Below, in pieces: positions 13,555 through 27,517 of a stretch of DNA of 64,000 nucleotides. A program made the position numbers and the translations under genes. The DNA lies in NCBI RefSeq assembly GCF_018350175.1, contig NC_058373.1:108688001-108752000 (forward strand), read 5' to 3'. This stretch comes from Felis catus (taxonomy: Eukaryota). The first letter of the stretch is position 1, and each line of letters opens with the position of its first letter. Under the pieces are notes generated by a model. It had not been told where the DNA came from, did no database searches, and saw only the letters and a program-made list of their open reading frames with translations.

Positions 13555-14050
13555 TGTGGCAGACACTGCTAGTTGTCTACCCAGTTGTACTTCTCTGTTT
13601 CTTCTTCATGGCACATTTAAAATATCTTCCCATACTACTTTGCTGATGGTTGACCCATTTCTGGCCACTGAAAAGTAGACATTTCTAGATAGAGTTTCTG
13701 GGAAAATTTTTTTTTCTTAAATTTTAATTCCAGTATACTTAACATTTGGAAAATGTTTTATCCCTTTCTTCTTTTTTCTGGAATCTGAATAGAATGTATG
13801 GTGCTAGTTACACCATTTTGACACCATGAGGATGAAATTCAGCATCCACAGGGTGATGGAGCGACATGTTTAAAACAAGACAAAAAAAACAGCTTGGGTC
13901 CCTAATGCCATGATTAAGCTGTAGAATCAGCCCTGTGCTGCCTTATCTGTAGGTTTCTTGTTAAATGAAGCAAGTTCCTTCCTCTTAAAGCTATTGTGAA
14001 TTGGGTTTTGGATTACTTGCTGCCAAATACCATTTCTGACCAATAATGCA
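13555..14050 (+). mobile_element. Old MaLR LTR (MLT1J/K-like)
   Basis: Starts TGTGGCAGACACTG, contains CCATTTTGACACCATGAGG, and ends TTAAAGCTATTG..GGGTTTTGGATTACTTGCTGCCAAA. Highly diverged. Confidence 0.6.
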
Positions 14051-14072
14051 TCTATCATTGTATGTGAAAGCA

Positions 14073-14135
14073 TGTATGTATCTGTATGTATGTATGTATG
14101 TATGTATGTATCTATCTATCTATCTATCTATGTAT
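14073..14135. repeat. Compound (TATG)n(TATC)n microsatellite
   Basis: Read directly; lies at the tail of the adjacent SINE. Confidence 0.95.
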
Positions 14136-14332
14136 TTAATGTTGATTGATTTTTGAAAGAGAAAGAGTGTGGGTGAGGGAGGGGCAGAGAGAGGGAGACA
14201 CAGGATCTGAAGCAGGCTCCAGGCTCTTGGCTGTCAGCATAGAGCCCAATGTGGGGCTCGAACTCAAGAACTGTGAGATCATGACCTAAGCCAGAGTCGG
14301 ACACTTAACCGACTGAGCCACCCAGGAGCTCC
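14130..14332 (-). mobile_element. Carnivore SINE with microsatellite tail
   Basis: GCAGGCTCCAGGCTC..GGGGCTCGAACTC..GACTGAGCCACCCAGG; its tail merges with (TATG)n(TATC)n. Confidence 0.92.
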
Positions 14333-15638
14333 TACCATTGTGTTTTTAATTGCTACTTATTCTTTGATTCCATAACTAGTCTGAGAAGTTTGAGATTAGG
14401 GGCTGTGCTTTATTTACTTGTTTTCTTAGCACTGAGCATGTTCTCTACCACAGGGCAGAAACTCAGAACATCTTTTTAAAATCTGGGATTTGTGGCATTA
14501 CTACAAAAACCAATTTTCTCTCTGCTGATCATAATTACAACTGTTATTGATATTACCCTTCCATCCATAAAGCCCATAGCTTTGAAGTAACTGAGAATAA
14601 TTCACTGTAATAAGATATGAATTTAAAATCATGAGATTGGTTTTTGTGTGTGGTGCATGTTATCACCCTCAAGTTTTATATAAAACTTGTCACTATTGAA
14701 TCTAAGAGGGTGAATATTGGCAGAGATCACACTAAATGAAAGAAAAACTTGATTAGGCTTTCATCTTAGAAAAACACATTTTTTGAATTCAATTAATTTG
14801 GATTTGGGAGGGAACTTTGAATAAACTTTATTTTTAACTTTATATAGTGTGATCATAGCCTCCTTTCTTCCCACTCCCCCAATAAAAATCCCTCAGTAAA
14901 TAAATGCCTTTTCTGTTTGTTGATAATACACACATCAGGTACAATCTTGAGCCATACTTTGGGTTTGCTTTCTTTGATCAGAACCAGCAAACTTGAGTCA
15001 TAATTTCTCTAATACCCAAACTTCTCTGTTTCACTAGTGGTAAAAATCACCTCATGATTGTTACTTGTGAGTCTTTATCACACTGGACACTATTTATCCC
15101 CATAACATGGTCATGAAGGACATGCTTGCTGGGTTAGTGAGATGATCTGTTTTCAGTGAGGCCTCTAAAGCAGATCAGTTCTTCCTTCTAGCTTCCCAGG
15201 CAGCTCATGTGGAGCAGTGCCAGCCACCAGAGCCATACAATGCTGACCTCTGTGTCCAGTGCCAAGCAGGGGACTTCAGATGGAGGCAGAGCTACAACAC
15301 TACACAGGTATTTCAGTATTAACTACTCAATTCAAGGACTGTACATTGAGTAAGTGCATAAGCAAAGATTTGGATGGAGTAATAGAGGCCCCAACTAAGA
15401 AACTGGCATCTCAACAAAGATCAGGGCTCACTTGGGACAAGAATAATGGGAAGCATGTAGATAGGATCAATATAGAGACAACTAGGCTGGCCATGGTCCC
15501 TGAGGGACAGCGAGCTGCAATCTGATGTTTGAATCTATTTTGAAGTGTTTTTAGGTCACTGTGTATATATAAGGTATATGATTAGCCTTACGTTTCTTAC
15601 TACAGAATGAGAGATTGCCATTGTTAACAAAGGCTTTA

Positions 15639-15642
<4 letters not shown>

Positions 15643-15701
<59 letters not shown>
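15643..15701. repeat. (TA)n microsatellite followed by poly(T)
   Basis: About 21 TA units, then a T run. Confidence 0.97.
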
Positions 15702-18652
15702 AAATCCCTGTTAAAAATAATTCTGGGTGCTTTGTCTCGGTACCTGGACTAGGTAGCTCCTAATGATGTGATTAGCAGCAAGGTACAGTTGCCTAGATTG
15801 GGTCAGATCAGGTGAAGAGGCTATCTTGCATAAATGTCTTAATGAAGCCTATCTTTTCTACATGTGTTACTCATTAACTAAAACATTGATATTTTTCATT
15901 TATTTTTCTTCTAATCATTAATCTTGGTGATCTGACTTCAACACATATTGTAGTGCATAATGGTTCTGAAAATTTGGTTGATCTTAAATAAAATTGCTAG
16001 CTGACTTTCTGTTTGCAGAAGTACTTAAAACATGATTTGTTGCTTTATTTAGGACTAGAAATTTTCCCTAATGGGGTGAAAAGGGTAAGGGACAGTGATG
16101 GATGGCAGTCTTTTCTGGGGGTCTTTTACTTTGGACTTTCCCTTGGCTATGTGTGATCACATTTTAAGGGTTCTGATACTGAGAGCAATAAAACCGGGTT
16201 ACCTGTGTTTGTGTGTACAAATACACAAACACCGTTTCTTACACACAGTGTTGCTAGATACCTTTTATTGTAGATCTGATTACAGGTTGATTTTATCTTC
16301 CTGCTGGGAAATAACCATCATCCTTGAAGGTGGAAGGGATATTGGATGATTACAAGTTTACAATTGAAAAACCAGATGCTTGTTATTTTACAGTGAATTA
16401 GACAACTATTTTTACACAAAGACTTATGCAAATAATGAAATGGGTTATCCTGGTTAGTCCCACTGATTTTCAGAGGAAATAATAGGGCATTTAGACTCAC
16501 CCATGTCAGTGTGCCATTCATTCATTCTTCCAAGAGATATGGCAGACCTAGCAGGCCCATCACCTGTCCACAATGCCTGCCTGTGCTGCTTTCCAGCTCA
16601 CATCTTTGTGGCTGAGGTCCTGGGGGCTGCAGTGCCTAGGAGCTCTCTCAGCACTTTGGCACTTTGTTCTTGAGAATCTCTCTCTTTATTTCTCTTTAGC
16701 GAACTCTTTTGAAACCCCCACGTTTGCAAATTCCTCCTTTATTTTTATTCTCGCTCCTTCAGTGTGGCTTATGATGTCTTAATTAACGTTTTTATCTAGT
16801 CACTATTGTGACTGCTTTCCAAGGCAATGGTAGGAGGGGACCTTTATAAATAAAGTTATTATTCTTCCAAAATCAAACCAGGCAGGATTTAGCCTACCTT
16901 GTGTGGGTCTGCTGTTCCCTTAGAGGCATCCCCCAGCTGAAATCTGCATAGGCGAGCATTTCCTTGCACGTGTGTAGGAGGGGTCGAAGCACACAACCTG
17001 TTTACTTGAGCTGCTTGACATTGTTGGGATGCTGGTGGGTGGCATCACAGCTGCTGTTTGGAAGCTGCCACAGCAGGGAAGAAACCACATTAAACAGTCA
17101 GGAACAAACTGTACAAAAGCGGGGGAAAATGGTACAGTTGACAAAACTATTCAGCAGAAATAGCCACAGAACCTGGACCGTATCACTGACAGACTGTCTC
17201 ATTTGGAGGGTGTCTGGGTAGTATGGCCGTAGATATTCTTTAATTTTTGCCATAGCAAATTTTCAAAAGGTATCCGGTAAAAGGGGCATAGATAGAGCAG
17301 ATGCCTGGCTTCTCTGTTCCCCCCAAAAGGCATACAGTGTCCTGTATACCTGCCATGCACAGCAATAAATGTTTGCGGCCTGACAAGGTTCTGAGGCTGC
17401 AAACATTGAATGTGGAAACTACGTTTTGATAGATCACCATATTTCCTTTGGCTTTACTTTAGAGCTGTGAAAACAATTGCAGCATCAGCAATCATCACGT
17501 AAAGGAGGGAGGAGAAGATTTATGTCATTGAATGCTGCATAATTGAGTTTGGTTTCTAATTACAAAGAAGGGTCATGTGTCAGGGAAGTAACTGTCACTG
17601 TAGTGCCCCTTCTCCACTGAGTTCTACCATTTTTGGCAAACACTACATCCAGTACAAAAGCTCTGGCTGAGTTATTAATCATGTTTGTCGGGCAAGCTAC
17701 AATAATCTGCTGCCTGGATACAAAGCCAAGTACAGAGTTGCCGGCAGAATCTGATAAAACACTTGATACCTCTCACTTTCAGATTACGCTCATGCTAAGG
17801 ATTAATTTTTTCATCTTTGCCTAATTAAAGGGGGTAAATGAAAGGAAGTGATTTCAGTGTTGTATCATGCTCTCAGCTGTCATGTTCTTGATTACACAGA
17901 GATGGACAACATGGAAGCTGGCAGAGCTGTTTGGATGTAGAGCACATGGGCTGTGGGCTGCTAGAGAAAGAAGGGCCCAGGGTTCCTAAACAAAAAGGAA
18001 TGAAAATTAGGACTTCCGTATCCAGCCAAAGCCCCAGCATTTGTCTTATAATTTCTATCTGCTTTTCAAGGGTGCTTCTTATTTCTGTCAAACTGTGCTA
18101 ATTGTGGGGGAAGAGTCACCACTTACCTATTGACCATTAGAGATGGCCTTCAAGATGGAATCAAAGTTTTTACCTTCCCTTATCTTTGGAAAATCTCTGT
18201 AATCTGATTTAGAGAAAGCAGCTATACCTTTCATGTTATCAAAATTGTATTATGATCATCAATAAAGTTATTTCAAGGATTGAAGACTTGAGAGGTCCTT
18301 TTTCCCTAATCAGAATAATCTTAACTCTTGTGAAATGGCCTCAAATGGTTCATAACATTACTTTTTCATCAGAAACAGCATTTCTCAAAGTGTGCTTTTG
18401 GAAAGCTGATTCTGTGGGTGTCAAGGGTTCAGTGCTAAAAAAAGTTTGGAAAATGCTGAATGAGATAAGCTTTTAATGTATTCACTAACTAGCATTTTGA
18501 GTCTCCAAAATGGACAGCCTCTTGAGAGAGGATGTATTTTATGGAACATAGTTTGGATAAAAGTGTTCAACAGAATGAATGCACTGAAGTCCTAAAGTAT
18601 CTTTCCTCTTGTTCTCTATGGTCCAAGAATTTTCACTCTTTCCTCAATTGGA

Positions 18653-18723
<71 letters not shown>

Positions 18724-18724
18724 T
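18653..18724. repeat. (CTTT)n tetranucleotide microsatellite
   Basis: About 18 perfect units. Confidence 0.98.
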
Positions 18725-18784
18725 ATCTATAGTTTAAATGGCTAACGATGTAATCTTTGACTCCTGACATTTGGAAAATCTGAC

Positions 18785-19165
18785 ACTTGCCGTTTTTCTG
18801 GCTGCCTAGCATCTGAATGTTCTTATTGATAGTGGGGAATCTCTCATTGTATGGCTCTGAGTGAGAGGCCAGAAAACCTCTCCTTGTTCCAGGACAGCCA
18901 GGTATGGGAATATGACCAAAGCTTAGCCACTTGGATGTTTCTACTATGGAAGGGTGAATCTTGAATGTATAGCACAAGGAGAAAAGAGGGGCAGCACCCA
19001 GCACTGGTAATACTGTAAACATCTCAAGTAGTGACCAGTCTCCAGTGCCTTCTTGTTTTTAAGTTGTGTAATCCTGAATCTTATATCCTTCAATAAATAC
19101 CTTCCTTTTTTTATTCAGACAGTAGAGTTGTTTCTTCTGTGTACAAGTGAAAACTGACCAGTCAA
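18785..19165 (+). mobile_element. Old ERVL-type LTR (LTR33/LTR16-like)
   Basis: 3' end CCTTCAATAAATACCTT..AGAGTTGTTTCT..ACAAGTGAAAACTGAC resembles the LTR33 group. Confidence 0.45.
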
Positions 19166-21980
19166 GAACTCAAACCTTCCTGTAGGTATCTGAAGTCTCT
19201 GCTCCAGGCAAATGCAGTAGAAAATGGTACCATTTGCTTCAATGCCCTGTCTTGTTTAAAGAGAATGAGTCTATGTGAACTCACTTAGTAGGAGTGTGTG
19301 TGTGGAATGTGTCATTGGGTGTTTACTTCTTATTCATTATTTTTCCCTCTGAGTCTTGAAGCTCAACTAGAAGGACCAATAACTCTATCATGGAATCCTC
19401 TAATTCTTGATCTCGTAAAGAATTTAAAAATTAGGAAAAAATACACTTTGTACAATTTATAGATGAGTTTGCGTACCTGTGGTTGGTTTATGTTCTGGAA
19501 AGAGGCAACAAAGCAGAGTGGCCTGAGCCAGGATATCTGGATTCCATGCTTGTCTCTTTCATTATTTTAGTCAAGTTACTTCTCCAGGTAAGGAAGAAAG
19601 ACTTGACAATTAGCTCATTATTTCAGGAATCCTGGAATTTTTACAGTCAAACAAAAGTTTACTGATACAGTTGATTTTTAGGGGAACTAAAGCTTAATTT
19701 CTTGAAAGTGAAATTACTTAAATAAGTAAAGGTTGTGCACAGCTTCATTCTTAAAAGGAGAGGTAAACCATAGGATTGTTTTTTGAATTCAATTTTGCTG
19801 AACCCTACAGGTTCTGATAATGTCTCAAGGATAGTTTGGACATGAGAAAGGGAGGTTGGATTTTGGGGAAAATTTCAAGTCCATCCCACAACTTCATCCA
19901 GGGCAGATTTTCTTATTGGATTTGGATATTGGGATTCTTATTAAAGCTTTATGTGGATAAAAGTTAGGAAACCAGTGAATGGAGTGAACCCTAAGGGCTA
20001 TTCTGTGTTGTAGTATTATAAGTCTGTTTTAGCAAAGCATCCTTGATGACACTCCTTAAACTACTAATTCCTTCCATCTTTCCATTGTACTCTTGGTTCT
20101 CTTTGCTCACACATGCAAAAACTACTCTCTGAAGCTCCTAAGACCCATTTCCACTGTTCCTTCTCTCCTGCAGAGCATGGGGTTTTAGGTTCTGCCCTTT
20201 CTAAATGTGCCCCAAACAATGAAAAGTTACATTCAGAAGTCCCATTAATTATTATTTTATTTTCAAAAGTCCCATTAATTATTAAGTAATGTTTATTAAG
20301 CACCCTCAAGTGCTTGGTAATAAACTGATTCTTCCTCAAATCTGGAACAGGAGGAACCACACCTGTAGGGAAATGACTGGATTACCACCCAATCTCTCCC
20401 ACCTGCTATGATTGTCAAATTCCAACTTTCCTGCCTGTTCCCCACCCTCCCCTACCTCTTGTAGAGGGAAGAGGGGAAAGGAGAGAAGTCAGAATAATAA
20501 CTAAGATGCCTAGACTTTTAAAAAGTAGATTTTGTTTTCTGCCTAAACATACACATTTTCTTATTCTGTATGGTTTGTTGGCTGTGCATATTATAAATTC
20601 TCTATCAGTACAGCCTCACAAGTCATTTTTCAGAGATCAGTTGTGCCCATAAAAATTTCATTTTATTGAATGTCAGTGCACCTTTGACCACACGTAATCC
20701 AGGCTTAACTTCACTGTCACCTTCTCCCAAAAGCCCACCTTGATTTCCCAGGATACGTACTTTACCTCTGTGTCCCATAACATTGATGCAAATCCCTCTG
20801 CTGATCTATATCCTTCAGGCTAGTATGTTCAGGTCTTCTCGTCTAGACTAAGTTTTCCAAGGGCTGAGACTATGCCTATCGGATTCATTATCTGTAGGCT
20901 TCAGCCAGGAAGTAGGGAGAAGAAAGTAGACTTCCATAGCAATTAGCACAGGGGACCTAGTGCCTGTACTATTACAGAGTGCTTCTTAGGTACATGTTGC
21001 ATATTTGCGCTCCCCACCCTGAAGTCCCAGAAACTCACACTGGAAATGAAAAACAAGGTTTGGACTAGGCCTGCTTAATATTATATAACCTCTGAAGTTT
21101 GCTGACTGTTGGTTTTTTTTATTGTATCCAGGACCAGAGGGGCATTGGCAGGAGGCTTTATTGGAGACAGTAGAAAGGGTTGCAAAATCACCTCCAGGCA
21201 GATTTCTCTCTGTTAGTGACTGCATCATGGTGGTACATGCTCTTTCCTTAAATGTGCCAGTCATGAGGATTCTTTGCCTCATCCCTCCAAAAACCGTAGA
21301 CTCACACAACTCTGGGGCTGGACATCCTGTCCAGTCCTCCCACATTGTGAGGAACAACTTGAGTTCTGGAGAAGTTAAATTGTAGCAGCACAGAGACTTT
21401 AATCCAGATTTAATGATTCCAGTATACTTCCCTGTGCTGAAGCCTACAGATCAATTTACAGCCTAGGGTTTCTTTAAAAGTATTTCACAAGGAATAGTCA
21501 GACTGAGGGTAGCCTGGGTGGTTGAGTACCATTAGCTAAATCTTGTTGCAGAAGGCTGACTTTGCCAGTATCTTAACATATTATGCTAGTTCCAGTTTAG
21601 ACATTAATTTTTACACATTTCATTGCAAATAAAAAAATGATTATAGAACATTTAATATTAACCTACAATATAATGTAAACTTTCATTAAAAAAAGTTATA
21701 CTAGATTTCCTCAGTAAATTAACACATAATTATTCAGGTGCAGTACAAGTTGGGGTAGTACATCCTTTGTGAATGGATTTGTTGTTCTGTTCCCCATAGG
21801 TTCTACAAACTCCCAGTTGTAAAGTACAGCTCCTTGTTAAAGCACCAGATAATACTCCCCGGATTTTGTATTCTGGGGGTTATCACTTTTTCCCATAGTC
21901 ATTTTCTGATACATTTTCCTTGGCCTTGGTACCATTAGCAATTTTCATAATGACTGCTCAGTTTGAAGATCATAGGTTCT

Positions 21981-22166
21981 TTTTATTTTTTTTTTATTTT
22001 TTAAAAGTTTATTTATTTTTTAAAGTTTATTTATTTTGAGAGAGAGAGAGAGAGAATCCTGTGCTGATAGCATAGAGCCCTACACTGGGCTTGATCCCAG
22101 GAACTGTGAGATCATGACCTGAGCTGAAATCAAGAGTCAGACACTTAACCAACTAAAGCGCCCCCA
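21981..22166 (-). mobile_element. Carnivore SINE (internally deleted)
   Basis: GAGATCATGACCTGAGCTGAAATCAAGAGTCAG..GCGCCCC; TSD AAGATC(A/T)TAGGTTCTTTT on both sides. Confidence 0.9.
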
Positions 22167-22683
22167 AGATCTTAGGTTCTTTTTAGTTTTAATTAAAGAT
22201 AAACATTTCCTGCTGGCTATATTTTATCTAAATATCAGAGTGGAGGCAAGCAAGGAGAAAGAAATATTTTCTGCAGGAATTTCTGAAGTGGAGGAAGAAA
22301 CCAGAAGGGTCCAGTGAGGCTTCAAAATTCAGCTGATTCCAACTGGGTGCCTTTGCTTGGTCATGTCCCATGATTATTCAGCTGAACCTACATCCAGTCT
22401 TGGGAACTCAAGCCTTTGGTAGCAAAAGAGAAGCACCTCCTCGCTCCCCTCCATTGGGATATGATAATGAACAGCAATCAGAGTTTAGGTTGAAGGAAAT
22501 AGTGGAAATGTGTCCCTGAAGACATATTACAGCACTTGGCCCATGACCTACATGTGGTTCTCTTAAGGTTGGGTCAGGGCTATTAGACATTTTCTTAATT
22601 TTAAAAATCTGAAACACTTTTATATTTTTATTGAATTTAAAAAATTTCATTGTTAATGCTCTGCTACTCCTATAATTGTGGAA

Positions 22684-22685
<2 letters not shown>

Positions 22686-22714
<29 letters not shown>
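22686..22714. repeat. (GT)n microsatellite
   Basis: About 14 units. Confidence 0.97.
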
Positions 22715-22717
<3 letters not shown>

Positions 22718-25700
22718 AAAAATGACATTTTAAAAAAGTAGTTATTGTCTGAGAAATTTAATGTAGGACTGAAAAACTGAAGAACAGCGTTAGATTTCAG
22801 TATTATTTCTCTTCAAATCTGTCACAGTCCATTAGATAATCCTTTTTGATTTCTAAGAAAAAAACCAACAAGATTCCAAGCTCATCCTGAAGGTTTGAAC
22901 TGAGTCCAGGATCAATAGGGCAGATACTTTGAGATTTGTAGCCTCTATATAAGTTTCACCTGGAGCCAACCAAAGCTATTAAATTTTATTGAACTGCTAG
23001 CTTTGTCCCCTTCCCCCCAGTTACCAACTAACCTAGTGATGATGTGATTATCATCAGTTCAGGGGAAGGGGGGTATTTTCTACATCAGTTCCTAGTGATC
23101 TACGCTACTTGAGTGTATGGGGGATTTTTAGTAGGGAGCACACTTTGCAGGAATCTACATACAAATTGTAAACCACAAAACTAAGGGCAAAACTAACCCT
23201 TGGCAGAGAGAAGTAACTTACTTTTTCTCTCTCTCCTTCTTTTATCTAATTTCAGAGCAACTCCATGTGGTTCCTTTCATTTTTTTTTTATAAACCTCCT
23301 TATCTCTTGTAACCCATGAAATCCTTAAACATAAACTTGTTTTATTTTATAATTAAAGATGGGATTCTAAATGCAGATATTCTGGGAGTGCTAAGGCAAA
23401 GTTAAGGCATACGTAGAGGTCCATTTCCAAACAAGCAGTATGGCATAGGGGGCAAAGCACAGAACCAGCTGACTGTGGTTCTGAGTTCTGACTCCATTCC
23501 TTAGAGTATGACACTGAATGTTATTTCAGTATGTTATTTCACTATCTACTCCTCAAACCCACAATTAAACAGATGGCCTCAGGAGGTTCAGAACTGTCTT
23601 CACCATCTCTCCCTTATGTTTTCCACTCTTCCATGGAGTTGCTATATGAGAGTATGAAATGCCCAAATTGAGGTGAGAGAAAACAAACCAGTCCTGTGCT
23701 CACAAATCTGTGATTGCCCTTTATTGTCCATATAGGATAGGGTTCAAGTGTAGCAGTTTGGTTGTCAAAGCTGGAATATTCCCTAGGGTTTAAGTGCACC
23801 TGGACAGTCATTCGAGGCATCAGTAGGGTGGGTATGGGTGTACTTCTCAAGGCTGGATAGTGATTAAAGGTGGAGGGAGGGGATGGTGAGGGGCAAACAT
23901 GCACACTGTCCCCCTTCCTCTGCTGGGTGCTCATTACATCCATTGTCTTAATGCTCATACCAAGTGTATCTTTATGTCAGTTTACAGTGGAGGGACTGAG
24001 ACTTAGTGATCACAGTGTGTTAACACAGCTAGTGAGAACAGGAATTCAAATGTGGATGAAGCAGAAGGACAGATGGGGAGGGAAGAAAAGTACTATTGGT
24101 GGAGGTTAAAAGATAATTAGACCAGATTTGGGAAATGAGCACAAACTCTGTCTCTCCCTGCCCCAAATTCCAGTGCTCTTTTATAATTTCTTTCTAATTT
24201 CTTACTGTTCTTGTTCATTTTCATTTGGCTTCATCTGTGTGACATGTTTGGGGGATCAGGATGATAGCAGGATTGTCAGATACTGAGACTTGCCTGATCC
24301 TAGGACCCTTAGGAACAGACTTGTACCAGACCTTCTACCATCTCAACCCAACATACCCATTTATTTTTATTCCCTACTCTGTCTCTACAGGACCTTTCTA
24401 TTTCTGCTTGCTTATCTGGTAACTCTCTCCAGTGCTTGCCTTAGCCGTTTTAGGGGACCAGACGGCTAATTTTACCAGGGCAGGGATTATACCTGTTCTA
24501 GGTACCCCTGCGGCCTATGACCTAGGAAAGGGTGTGGCGCAGTGCATAGTATACACTTAATTGGAATTAGACTATAAGCCTCTTCATCTCGAAAGGAATT
24601 TCTTTCTTCTCTACCTGGACAAAGTTTAGTCACCGTTCAGATCCAGCCTTTAATTTTCCTTCTGTGAAGTTTTCCATACTCTATGTAAATGTTTGCCCCA
24701 ATAAATTCATCATTTTCTGAACTCAATTGTGGTAATTCCTCAAGTAATATTTTAGGTAGCTCTTATAATGTTGGTTAATTTACCACTCAATTTGTATTTA
24801 CATTAAACTTTTTGGGCTATATGACTTCTCTCACCACCAGATCACACTTTCTTTGTGGATAGATGCTATTTTATCCCCCAAGACACAATTTCTTGGCAAA
24901 TGGAAACTCGATAACTATTTGGTAGTAATGTTTTCCACTGTATTTAAAATGAGCATGGGATTAGTTGTTATATTTTTTAGTTTTTTTTTTAAGTTTTGTG
25001 TTTTGAAGAACTTCCATGAAAATCACCAAATGGTGATGGTTTATTAAGTATTTAAATTAAACATTTGAGTTAAAATATTGTAGTTTCAGAATTGCCTTTA
25101 CTAGCATCTCTCTTACCTAATGTAGATTCAGCCTGGAGAGGAACTATAGTTTGTGCACAAGGCTGCAGTGAGGTACATCTCCCATTAGCAACAACAGTAA
25201 GAAAACAAAAAAGTGAATCATCCTTGCCAGGTATGAGGAAGTTACAGATTCCCATTTATACAAGGTAAATACTAAATATAGATGTACCCCTATTGAGCTG
25301 ATGCATCAGAAAGAATAAAGAAAATGCATGAGAGAGAAGGAAAGGGATGGGTGCAAGATTAGACAAATCAAGGAATTTCTAGAGAACATCTTGTTCTTCA
25401 TGGTCACAAACTTCCCTGACTGATTTCTTTCGTCTTTCTCAAACATTTCCGAAGCAGCATACTGTGGCTATTTTGGGGAAATATTTTCACAAAATATCTG
25501 AACCTTATGTTTGTTGACAGCCTATGAAGTCTAGGTTTTTAGTAAGAAAATTTCATCTTACACTAGAACTTTCCAGTCCAACTGGCACCCCAGCTTTCCA
25601 CGAATCCTGAAGAGCAGATGGAAGTGGGAATCTGATTTTGACTGAGATTTAACTCAGCCTTAGGAATAATTTTTAAAATCTATCAATATTTCACTAGCTT

Positions 25701-27517
25701 CTGGTGTTTTTCAGTGGACTGGTTTCTCTCAGGAAAAATTGAAAGAGCGATCACAAAGGTGAGAGTCTGCTTTTAATGTATACCAATACATATTAAGTAA
25801 ACAAATCCATTTGACCAAGTGAGTTTCATCTCATTAAAAATGAAAATAAGAGTATGTTAGGATACTGTAAAATACTACACAGAAGATAGTAATATTGCTA
25901 CCATTAGTACGTTTCTTGAGAATATGAATTCAAATGCATGTTCATCATCTCAGTCTATAAATATGCTGCCCTTTGCTCTGTGTTCAAGCCCAGGCCCAGT
26001 GGCTTCCTCTTTCCTGATGAAGAAATCTTTGTACTAACCAAAGAAGAGGCACTCAGCTATCTGCTGGGCACAGATGACACTGTGGAAGTCAGACCCGGGA
26101 ATGTTTGGGTTAGTCAGATCCCAAAAGTCAAGTCCAACAGGGTTTCTTCATTGCATTCAAGCACACGTTGGTTGGAATAGATGAGATGCACTTTGTGGCC
26201 CTTACCACATGCAGGGTACCAAGGCCTGGGTTATGACTCTCTATTATCCATTTACATTGACAAGTCAGAACAAAAAAATGTTTATGGACACATTTTCCTC
26301 CTAAATGTCAAAACTCAAGTGGGGTTTTCCCCAGGTCCCATGAGGAATCTGACATTCATTTGCAGTTTTGTCCCTTACAAAAAATACCGATCACTTGACC
26401 ATTTCTATCTAGATCTCAGGCTAGCCTACTCAGGGAAGTCAACCCGTGAATCTTGGGAGGCTGATACATATATGTTGTTTTTTCCAAATATACATGCTAT
26501 CTTGGAGACATGAGCAAGATGTATGGTAAAATCATGGATTTTTCAGAGCTGAAAACAACCTGAAAGGACATTCAGTACAGTTATTCAGTTTTCTAGAACA
26601 TTAACAGCTTATATTTACACAGCCAATTTCAGTTCACGTTTTCGTGTACAGAACTGAATTTAAGGTAGGCTGAGAAGACACAATTCTTATTTTATATAGG
26701 AAAGCATATTTAGGTTTTAAATGACCAAGAGACAGCAGAGTAATATCAGAATGAACCAAGGTGTCCTGCCTTCCAGGCTAGTTCTCTTCCTATAACTGTG
26801 TTATCCATACTAGGCCTAGAAGAGTGCATCTCTGGCCTTCCACTCAAAGACCAGATTTCAACCAATCCGCATGGTTATCTTTGGTCTTTGTGTCAGAACT
26901 CTCCAACTTAACTTGTGAGAGTTTAATATCTGAAGCTCCAAAGAAAAGTATCATAAATTCCAAGCTAAAGTATGGGCTTTTCTGTAAGCCCTTTCTTGAT
27001 CCCTGGAAAAGGACCAGCATTTCTCTGTCATGTATTTTAGACTAGAAGAAAATCTATCTCCTCTGAAACCTTCCTTGTAGCAGTTTGTATGGATTTCTTT
27101 GTTCATTCATGAAATATTTGTTAATGGAATAATATGTGTCAATTTTGTGCTTTTGATTTATTTCAGACCATTGTATTTAGAAGACTCGCTAACAAAATAT
27201 TGTAATAGATATTCCCTTAGATGTTCAGTAAATACAGCACTCAACTTCCCAATGGGTATTAAATAAAAACATTTAGAATTGAAATAAAAGTCAGTTACTT
27301 CAGAGGTTTTTTATCTATTGAAGTTTTTGATGGAAGGAGCCATATTTCAGGTTTGTTTTTTAAATCCCTTGAAGTATTAGAAAAGTGTCTTGAACATAGT
27401 AGATGCTCAACAGACCTCTGTTGATATGAAATACATTAACTGTCACCTAAGAAGATAATATGGATTTGACATAATTCTGCAGCTATTTGAATGAGCTATC
27501 ACTGCAACTACTTATTC

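Noticed and set aside
17368..17407. Resemblance of ATGTTTGC.GC / GCTGCAAACAT to miR-30 arms, or to an H/ACA snoRNA
   Set aside because: Arm order is reversed relative to pre-miR-30, the stem is too short, the rest does not match, and there is no terminal ACA box.
25715..25765. Possible plus-strand microexon (..CTCAG|GAAAAATTGAAAGAGCGATCACAAAG|GTGAGA)
   Set aside because: Splice signals are only moderate, the peptide is unrecognisable, and no partner exons were found.
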